Shown one piece after another: positions 1 to 6,262 of a DNA stretch of 64,000 nt. The notes below the pieces were generated by a model. It ran no database searches, was not told where the DNA came from, and saw only the letters and a program-made list of their open reading frames with translations. Every line of letters begins with the position of its first letter. Position 1 is the first letter of the stretch. A program made the position numbers and the translations under genes. Origin of the DNA: Verrucomicrobia bacterium UBA1629 (GTDB lineage: Bacteria; Verrucomicrobiota; Kiritimatiellia; RFP12; UBA1067); assembly GCA_002321305.1 (NCBI GenBank), contig DCMF01000098.1, positions 28,976 through 92,975 on the forward strand, given 5' to 3'.

Positions 1-475
1 AGCCGGGCGAGCGCAGGACGGCGTTCGTCGGCAGCGCCGCGCCCGTCAGCTCGACTTCCGTCACGAGCCGCCGCATCGCGGCGACCTCCGGCACGAGCGT
101 CAGCTTCCAGCCGCCGTCCGGGAGCGCCGTCTCGCGAATCGCGAAGACGCCGTCGAACGCCGTGGCCTTCCCCGCGGCAAACGCATCCGTCGCCGCCCGG
201 ATCTCCGCATAGTGAGGCAGCTCGTCCAGCGACTTCTCCCGCCGCCCGTCCTCGTCCACGAAGACCATCGCGTTCGTCGTCATCGTGACGGACGACGCGA
301 ACGGCTCGCGCACCTCCCAGACGATGCCCTCGCCCGCCTTGCAGCGGACGACGCCGGACGACACGAGCGCGCGATCCGAACCGTCGAGCCGCCGCTCCAT
401 CGTCCAGGTCGCCGATGCGTCGAGCGCCGCCTGCAGCGCCGCGACAGCCGACGACGCCAAGAGAACAGAAACAAG
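1..475 (-). CDS. Hypothetical protein, partial: the ORF runs off the window start. An ATG lies at about 400, with possible TTG starts at about 460-475. It could be a LolA-like or other accessory protein of the adjacent lipid cluster, but the function is unassigned.
   Basis: I translated the minus strand of 1-400 by hand and found no stop. The product begins MERRLDGSDRALVSSGVVRCKAGEGIVWEVREPF...DGVFAIRETALPDGGWKLTLVPEV. An in-frame stop lies at 479-481. This ORF is not in the supplied track because it is truncated by the window edge. Confidence 0.4.
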
Positions 476-573
476 ACTCACCTTTTCGCCTCCCTCATAT
501 CTCACCCCTCACGACTCATATCCCATCCCTCATCTCTCACGACTCATCCCTCATATCCCATCCCTCGCCGCCA
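476..573. repeat. Family C heptamer minisatellite in inverted orientation. It overlaps the last codons and stop of the adenylation/dehydratase gene and the intergenic region.
   Basis: ctcaccttttcgcctccctcatatctcacccctcacgactcatatcccatccctcatctctcacgactcatccctcatatcccatccctc. Confidence 0.7.
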
Positions 574-1990
574 CAAGCCCCGACGCCGCACGGCCCGACG
601 CGACGTCCAGCGAAAAGGCGAAACGGCCCTCGCCTTCGCGCGTCACGCACAGCGTCACCGCGTCCGCCGGACGGACGAGCTTCTGGAACTTGAGCTTCCG
701 GTACGTCGCCGCGTCGGGGAAGTCGGGGAACGCCTGACGCGCGAAATGCCGCAGGAAATAGAGCTGCGCGACGCCCGGCAGGATCGGGAAGCCGGGGAAG
801 TGGCCCTGGAAACAGTCGCAGTCCGGCGGAAAGACGAGCGTCGCCTCCAGTCGCGCCGCCGTGGCCGACCAGGCGCAGACGACGGGCTCGCGGCACCACG
901 CGGACAGCGCCGCGCGCACGTCCGCCGCCGTCGTCTTGCCGCGCGCGTCCGTCGGCAGCTCGCGGACGAAGCGGATGCGGCGCGGGAACGCCCGCTCGCC
1001 GAGACCGGGCAGGAGGTCGCGCCGAAGGGCGGCGGCCAACGCCGCGTAAGCGCCCTTTGCGAGCGCGGCGCGCCCGTCGGCCGACAGGACGACGAGCGCC
1101 CCCAGGCGCGGCACGTCCGTTCCGCAGACTTCGGCGCGCACGTCCGCAACCAGCGGATGCCGCGCGAACGCCGCCTCGACGGCGGACAGCGAAACGAACT
1201 CCTCCAGAATCTTGACCTGCCTGTCGAGCCGTCCCAAGAGGCGGAACTGCTGCGGCGAGACGAATTCGACGGCATCGGACAGCGCGAACGGCCGCGCCAT
1301 CGCGTAGGGCGAATCGACGACCAGCGCGCCCGTCGCCGCATCGCGCGTCGCCGCGACGCCGCGCTGCAGGGTAAAGGGCTCGCCCTCGGACGAACGCCGC
1401 CACGCGACCGTGCCCGCCTCCGTCGAGCCGTAGATCTCGAGGGGACAGACCCCCAGGATCGTCCGCAGGGCCTGTGCCGTCGCCGGACGCAACGCGCCAC
1501 CCGAGACGACAACGCCCGAAAGGCGCCCCTTCAACGCCGGGAAATCGGGATGCTTCACGGCCTTTTCGAGAAAGGACGGCGTCGTGACGAACAGGACGCC
1601 GTCCGCCGCCGACGCGCCGACCTCGGCCAGCTCCTCGACGGAGATGACGACCGCCGGATGGACGGCGCATCCGGCGAGACGCGGCGCGCGCCGGCACCAG
1701 AGGTGGCCGAGCATGTGTTCGGGACGCGCCGACGAGACGATCCGCGGACGGTTCGCCCAGAGTTCGGGAAACGCCGCCACGAGCGCGCGCGCGTCGGCTT
1801 CCAGCGATGCGTCCGTGCGCACGATCTCCTTCGGCGTGCCGGTCGTGCCGGACGAGAGGAAGACGACGTCAGACACGGCGCACCCTCCGGCGCACGAGCC
1901 ATTCGCCCGCGAACATCGCCCCCAGCAGGACATACGCGAGGCAGCCGTTGTAGAGCGCCCAGGCCGTGCGGCTGGCGAAGACCGTCGCAA
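551..1990 (-). CDS. Fusion protein with an adenylate-forming (AMP-binding) domain and a C-terminal FabA/FabZ-like hotdog dehydratase domain. The N-terminal subdomain of the adenylation fold appears absent. The true start is probably the GTG near 1876 (VSDVVFLSSG).
   Basis: P-loop motif FLSSGTTGTPKEIV, later YGSTEAG and a C-terminal RGKT motif. The hotdog signature GHFPGFPILPGVAQLYF is near the C-terminus. The first roughly 38 codons of the track ORF are Arg/Ser-rich and overlap the upstream membrane-protein gene in another frame. Confidence 0.7.
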   Translation of the reverse strand: MRRSSPAARPGRSTTAASRMSCWGRCSRANGSCAGGCAVSDVVFLSSGTTGTPKEIVRTDASLEADARALVAAFPELWANRPRIVSSARPEHMLGHLWCRRAPRLAGCAVHPAVVISVEELAEVGASAADGVLFVTTPSFLEKAVKHPDFPALKGRLSGVVVSGGALRPATAQALRTILGVCPLEIYGSTEAGTVAWRRSSEGEPFTLQRGVAATRDAATGALVVDSPYAMARPFALSDAVEFVSPQQFRLLGRLDRQVKILEEFVSLSAVEAAFARHPLVADVRAEVCGTDVPRLGALVVLSADGRAALAKGAYAALAAALRRDLLPGLGERAFPRRIRFVRELPTDARGKTTAADVRAALSAWCREPVVCAWSATAARLEATLVFPPDCDCFQGHFPGFPILPGVAQLYFLRHFARQAFPDFPDAATYRKLKFQKLVRPADAVTLCVTREGEGRFAFSLDVASGRAASGLVAARDGI

Positions 1991-2282
1991 TCGTCACGGC
2001 GAGGTGTGCCGACAGGAAGACGACCCACGCGACCGTGACCTTTCGGCAGTAGGCGACGCCCCGCGCGTCCAGCGGCTCGCCCATCCGCCGCGCGAAGCAC
2101 TCCACAAGCGGCGTGCGGAACAGCGAGACGGCGAACCCGGCAAGGGCGACCGCGACGACGACCGCCGGATACAGCCGGAACCAGACGTTCGCCTTCAGGA
2201 AATAAAGCAGCCAGACGAGGGCGACCGCACCCACAAGGCGAAAAGCCGTTCGCGCGAGCCGCCCATTCATCGCGCCGCTCAC
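1869..2282 (-). CDS. Small integral membrane protein with four predicted TM helices (APE-cluster ApeG-like position).
   Basis: 137-aa ORF with hydrophobic segments VGAVALVWLLYFL, LYPAVVVAVALAGFAV, VTVAWVVFLSAHLAVTIATVF and LAYVLLGAMFAG. The GTG start overlaps the TGA stop of the upstream ACP gene. Confidence 0.5.
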   Translation of the reverse strand: MSGAMNGRLARTAFRLVGAVALVWLLYFLKANVWFRLYPAVVVAVALAGFAVSLFRTPLVECFARRMGEPLDARGVAYCRKVTVAWVVFLSAHLAVTIATVFASRTAWALYNGCLAYVLLGAMFAGEWLVRRRVRRV

Positions 2283-2539
2283 TTCGCCTGCTCGGCCGCG
2301 AGCTTCACGATGACGTCGGCGACGTCGCCGAGCGTGCGGATCGCCTTGAAGTCCTCGGCCTTGACCTTGAGGCCCGTCTGCTGCTGCAGGCGCACGACGA
2401 GATCGACCGCATCGATCGAATCGAGGTCAAGGTCCTCGAACAGCTTCGCCTCGGGCACGAGCTTCGCCCGATCCAGCTCGAACTCCGAGACCAGGACGTC
2501 CGCAATCGCCGCCAGCACTTCCTCTTTCGTCTTCATCAC
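2279..2539 (-). CDS. Acyl carrier protein (cluster-specific ACP).
   Basis: 86 aa with the phosphopantetheine attachment motif LDLDSIDAVDLV. Confidence 0.8.
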   Translation of the reverse strand: MMKTKEEVLAAIADVLVSEFELDRAKLVPEAKLFEDLDLDSIDAVDLVVRLQQQTGLKVKAEDFKAIRTLGDVADVIVKLAAEQAK

Positions 2540-2541
2540 CG

Positions 2542-2820
2542 TCAGTCCTCCAATGTCTCGCCGAGATTCGCCGCGATAAAATCCGCAAGCGACGCGATCG
2601 ACTTGAAATGCACCTTGTTCTCGGCCGAATTCGCCTTGAACTTCACCTGAAACCTCTTGCGCAACGCCGCGCCGATCTCCAGGGCGTCAATCGAGTCGAG
2701 GCCGACGCCCTCGCCGAACAGCGGCGCCCCCGCCGGCAAGTCCGCCGCCGTGAGGCCGTCGACCTCCACGCTCGCGAGAATCACCTGCCGAATCTCCTCT
2801 TCCAAATCCGCTCTTTTCAT
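2542..2820 (-). CDS. Acyl carrier protein, a second cluster-specific ACP. The start is at MKRADLEE, 92 aa.
   Basis: Motif GLDSIDALEIGAAL. The track ORF is extended upstream with Arg/Ser-rich junk. ATG is at 2820 by codon arithmetic. Confidence 0.75.
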   Translation of the reverse strand: MKRADLEEEIRQVILASVEVDGLTAADLPAGAPLFGEGVGLDSIDALEIGAALRKRFQVKFKANSAENKVHFKSIASLADFIAANLGETLED

Positions 2821-2851
2821 GGCGCGTATTATATCATATAATGTTCCGCCT
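2821..2851. promoter_or_regulatory. 31-bp divergent promoter region with TATAAT boxes on both strands placed about 7-10 nt from each ATG, suggesting leaderless transcripts. It contains the GGCGCGTATTATA motif that is also found at the htpG start.
   Basis: ggcgcgtattatatcatataatgttccgcctATG on plus. The reverse strand reads tatgatataatacgcgccATG. Confidence 0.4.
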
Positions 2852-3547
2852 ATGCCGAACCAGATACTCGTCCTGCCGGCCTTCGAGCCGAGTCCCCGGC
2901 TGCCGCAGCTCGTGCGCGCGCTTTCGGACGCCTTTGCCGCCGTCGTCGTCGTGGACGACGGGTCGCGGCAGTCCGCCGCCACCTTCGACGAAACCGCCGC
3001 CCTGCCGGGCGTCCGCCTGCTCCGCCACGCGGCAAACCGCGGCAAGGGCGCCGCGCTCAAGACCGCATTCGCCGAAGTCCGCCGCGCGTTCCCGGACGCG
3101 ACGGGCGTCGTGACGGCCGATGCGGACGGCCAGCACCTGCCGGAGGACATCCGCCGCGTCTCTGCCGCGTCGGCCGCGCACCCGGACCGCGTGACGCTCG
3201 GCGTGCGGTCGTTCGGCGGACGCGACGTGCCCTTCCGCAGCCGCCTCGGCAACCTCTGGACGTGCGGCGAGTTCTTCCTGCTCACGGGCACGTGGATCCG
3301 CGACACGCAGACGGGGCTGCGCGGCATCCCGCGCGCGCTGCTGCCGCGCTTCGCCGCGCTCGCGGGCGAACGCTACGACTACGAGGCGCGGATGCTCGTC
3401 GCGGCCGTGAAGCTGCCGCAGCCGCCCGTGCAGGTCCCGATCACGACCGTCTACGAGAACGGCAACGGCACGAGCCACTACCGTCCGCTCGCCGACACGT
3501 TCAGCACCCAGGCGGCGCTTCTCCGCGCCGCGTTCGGCCGCTTCTAG
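2852..3547 (+). CDS. Family 2 glycosyltransferase (DPM1 / ApeJ-like). It is the only plus-strand gene in the window.
   Basis: MPNQILVLPAFEP...VVVVDDGS...ANRGKGAALKTAF...TADADGQH. Start at Met66 of track ORF 2657..3547. Confidence 0.8.
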   Translation: MPNQILVLPAFEPSPRLPQLVRALSDAFAAVVVVDDGSRQSAATFDETAALPGVRLLRHAANRGKGAALKTAFAEVRRAFPDATGVVTADADGQHLPEDIRRVSAASAAHPDRVTLGVRSFGGRDVPFRSRLGNLWTCGEFFLLTGTWIRDTQTGLRGIPRALLPRFAALAGERYDYEARMLVAAVKLPQPPVQVPITTVYENGNGTSHYRPLADTFSTQAALLRAAFGRF

Positions 3548-3555
3548 GCGCCGCG

Positions 3556-4575
3556 TCAGATCACCGTCAGCAAGTCGTTGCGGTAAAGCGCGCGGATCGC
3601 ATCGCAGTCGAGCGTGTGCCCCGCGCGATAGCTGACGACCGTGCCGACGAAGCGGTGCGCGCCCGTCAGGGCCAAGGCCGCCATCAGGTCGAGCGTCGCC
3701 CGGTGCCAGACAGGCTCCAGGAACTTCTCGCCGACCGGGAAGCGAGGCTCCGTGTAGTAGCGCCCCTTCCCGTGGATGAGGATGTTGCGCTCGTTGTAGC
3801 CGAGGTTGCGCGTCGAGGCGAAGAGCCGCCCCACCGTCTTCGCAAGGATGTACTGCCGCCGCGTCGCGTTCGTCCGCGCCAGCGCGGCATAGCGGAACGT
3901 CTCCGGCGTCACGTCGAAGAGGATGCGCTGGTCGCCGATCACGGTGTTCCACGAGATGCCGCAGTCGATGCGCAGATTCCGCTCGCCATCCGCCGCCGGG
4001 AGGAACAGGAGGAAGTCGCCGCGGCTGCCGCCGAAGGCGACCGGCTCCTTCACCGTCACGCACGTCGCCGGCGCGTCCGTCTCGCGGATGCCCGCGTGCT
4101 CCACCGCCTTGACGAGCGGCAGGGACGATTGGTCGAAGAGCGGCGGGTCGCCGGAATTGACCTTCAAGAGCACGTCGTCGATGCCCAGCCCCAGCTTGAG
4201 CGCGATGATGTGCTCGACCATGCGCAGGTAGTTGTGGGGCGAGCCCGACCGCAGGACGAGGTTCTGCGCGCTCGTCCAGAGGTTCGCGATGTCGACCTGC
4301 GTGTCGAGCTGCTCCGGCTGGTCCATCCGGCGGATCCACCAGCCCGGCTTTTCGCTCGGCGCGAACGTCAGCGTCTGCTTGTGGCTGCCCTGGAACGTGC
4401 CGATGCCCGCGACCGGGGCCTCGCCCGCGAGCGTGCGCCGCGCCGACGGGAACGGCGAGACGCGTCTTTCCGCCAGCCGCGTCTCGTCAATCGGCAGCTC
4501 CCTAAAAAGTCGGTACGCCGCATCGATCGATGCGGCGCTCCCGAACACAATCTTGCCGATTGGATATTCCGGCAT
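3556..4575 (-). CDS. lpxC: UDP-3-O-acyl-N-acetylglucosamine deacetylase (LpxC family).
   Basis: VEHIIALKLGLGIDDVLLKVNSGDPPLFDQSSLPLVKAVEHAGI aligns with E. coli LpxC [44 protein letters not shown]. The zinc-ligand region WHRATLD is present. Confidence 0.75.
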   Translation of the reverse strand: MPEYPIGKIVFGSAASIDAAYRLFRELPIDETRLAERRVSPFPSARRTLAGEAPVAGIGTFQGSHKQTLTFAPSEKPGWWIRRMDQPEQLDTQVDIANLWTSAQNLVLRSGSPHNYLRMVEHIIALKLGLGIDDVLLKVNSGDPPLFDQSSLPLVKAVEHAGIRETDAPATCVTVKEPVAFGGSRGDFLLFLPAADGERNLRIDCGISWNTVIGDQRILFDVTPETFRYAALARTNATRRQYILAKTVGRLFASTRNLGYNERNILIHGKGRYYTEPRFPVGEKFLEPVWHRATLDLMAALALTGAHRFVGTVVSYRAGHTLDCDAIRALYRNDLLTVI

Positions 4576-4841
4576 TACTTCTCCGGCGCGGAACCGTCGT
4601 CGCCATAGCCCTTCGACTTCAGGTATTCGACGACCTTGCCGACCGTGGTGAGCTTCTCAGCGTCCTCTTCCGGAATCGCCGCGCCAAACTCCTCTTCAAA
4701 GGCCATGATGAGCTCGACGGAATCAAGCGAATCGGCCCCCAGGTCGTCGATGAACGACGCCTCCGTGGTGACCTGTTCGGCGTTCACTCCGAGCTGCTCA
4801 ACGATGATGTCTTTGACGCGATCTTCAAGCTTTCCTGCCAT
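4575..4841 (-). CDS. acpP: Acyl carrier protein AcpP (housekeeping).
   Basis: [24 protein letters not shown] canonical AcpP motif, with an AAGGAG RBS upstream. Confidence 0.9.
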   Translation of the reverse strand: MAGKLEDRVKDIIVEQLGVNAEQVTTEASFIDDLGADSLDSVELIMAFEEEFGAAIPEEDAEKLTTVGKVVEYLKSKGYGDDGSAPEK

Positions 4842-4897
4842 AGTGTTTTCAACTCCTTGTTTCTTGTTGATGTTCGTATTATACTACATTTTGAGGG
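4842..4897 (-). promoter_or_regulatory. Sigma70-like acpP promoter (TTGCAC ... 18 nt ... TATAAT) followed by an AAGGAG RBS.
   Basis: Minus strand reads ttgcacgtgaccctcaaaatgtagTATAATacgaacatcaacaagaaacAAGGAGttgaaaacactATG. Confidence 0.4.
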
Positions 4898-6223
4898 TCA
4901 CGTGCAAGAGGGTGCCGAGAAAGTCGCGGCAAGGCGCCGAGCGAGGACGGGAAGTCCCGGGTCGCGGGCCCCGCATGTCACGAAGCATCCGAAGGCGCCG
5001 CGATGCGCCGCGCACCAGTCGAACGCCGCGTCGAGATCGGCGACCAGCCGTACGCGCGCGCCCGCCGCCGCGTCCGCGCGCGTCACCGCCGCAACGAGCG
5101 CGTCCGAGTTGATCGAGCGGTCGGTCGTTCCGCCCGCGTCGTAGACAGGCAGCAGCAGCAGCCGGTCCTGCGGACGAACCGTCTCCGCGAACATCGCCGC
5201 GAGCGCGTCCCTCATCTTCCTGAGCGGCGCGTAGCCATGCGGCCGCCAGATCGCGCAGACGCCCTGCGGATACCGCTCCGCCAGCGTCGTCCACATCGCC
5301 TTCAGCTTTTCCGGGTTGTGCGCGTAGTCGTCGTAGACGGCAGGTTCGGGAGGTTTGGAAGGTTTGGGAGGTTTGGAAGGTTCGGGAGGTTGGGGAGGTT
5401 GGGGAGGTTGGGGTGGGGTGATGAGCTGAAGGCGGCGCTCGACGCCACGGAAGGTCTTCATCGCGGCCACCGCATCGGACAGCTTCACGCCCAGAGCGAC
5501 CGCCATGCGCACCGCCAACTCGGCATTCTGCCGATTGTGCCGCCCCGGTACCGGCACTTCCAAACCTTCCAAACCTCCCGAACCTTCCAAACCGCCAAAC
5601 ACTTTCCTCCCATCCACCACCGGACCCTTGCAGCCTTTCACGAACGCATCGAAGACCGCATCCATCTCCTCCTTCGAGTAGTGGTCGGCGGAGGCGTTCG
5701 TGACAATGGCCGCATAGGGGCTGAAGGCGACGAGCGACTTGTCGCTCTCGTCCACCTCGGCGACGGCGAAGGCTCCGCGCCCGAAGCGCACCGCGCCCTC
5801 CCAGCCGGGCACGTTCGCGCCGTTCACGCACATCGGGTCCAGCCCACAGGACGCGAGGACGTGTCCGAGCATCGCCGTCACCGTCGACTTGCCGCAAGTG
5901 CCGACGACGGCGACGAGGCGATAGTCCCGAAGGGCGCGCGCAAGGGCCTTGGCGCGGTGCGTGACGGGAATGCCGAGCGCCTGCGCCTTTCGCAGCCCGG
6001 CGTTCGTCGGCTCAATGGCCGTCGAGACGATCACCTCGTCCGTCGCCGCATCGACGCCGCTGCCGTCGTCGGGAAAGACCTTCACGCCGAGCGATTCGAG
6101 AAACCGGACGTTCGGCGTGTCGCGTGTGCGATCCGCGCCCGTCACCCCGTCGCCCGACCGCACGAGCGCCGTCGCGAGCGCGCTCATGCCCACGCCGCCA
6201 ATGCCAATCAGATGCCGCTTCAT
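4898..6223 (-). CDS. murC: UDP-N-acetylmuramate--L-alanine ligase MurC. It carries two low-complexity in-frame insertions (GLEGSGGLEGLE and PPQPPQPPQPPEPSKPPKPSKPPEP).
   Basis: N-terminal IGIGGVGMSALA, Mur ligase motif VGTCGKST, and GRHNRQNAELAV. Confidence 0.85.
   Translation of the reverse strand: MKRHLIGIGGVGMSALATALVRSGDGVTGADRTRDTPNVRFLESLGVKVFPDDGSGVDAATDEVIVSTAIEPTNAGLRKAQALGIPVTHRAKALARALRDYRLVAVVGTCGKSTVTAMLGHVLASCGLDPMCVNGANVPGWEGAVRFGRGAFAVAEVDESDKSLVAFSPYAAIVTNASADHYSKEEMDAVFDAFVKGCKGPVVDGRKVFGGLEGSGGLEGLEVPVPGRHNRQNAELAVRMAVALGVKLSDAVAAMKTFRGVERRLQLITPPQPPQPPQPPEPSKPPKPSKPPEPAVYDDYAHNPEKLKAMWTTLAERYPQGVCAIWRPHGYAPLRKMRDALAAMFAETVRPQDRLLLLPVYDAGGTTDRSINSDALVAAVTRADAAAGARVRLVADLDAAFDWCAAHRGAFGCFVTCGARDPGLPVLARRLAATFSAPSCT
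5340..5418. repeat. Family A 9-bp tandem array (GGAGGTTTG/GAAGGTTTG units) inside murC. It encodes a PPQ/PPE/PSK tract.
   Basis: ggaggtttggaaggtttgggaggtttggaaggttcgggaggttggggaggttggggaggttgggg. Confidence 0.8.
5558..5600. repeat. Family A array in inverted orientation (CCAAACCTTCC units) inside murC. It encodes GGLEGSGGLEGLE.
   Basis: ccaaaccttccaaacctcccgaaccttccaaaccgccaaac is the reverse complement of the 5340-5418 array. Confidence 0.8.
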
Positions 6224-6262
6224 CCGCGTGTCAAGACGGCGTTCCCGTGTGCGCCGCCCCCG

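Noticed and set aside
212-2038. 608-aa plus-strand ORF, and similar very long plus-strand ORFs (5003..8362, 12986..15079, 17166..20282, 31541..34600, 43463..50032, 55343..61867 and others).
   Set aside because: They are Arg/Ala/Gly-rich with no recognisable motifs, and they lie antisense to genes with clear homology (ligase, infB/murC, htpG, C10 peptidase, secretin, giant proteins). Long antisense open frames like these are a typical artefact of roughly 70% GC DNA.
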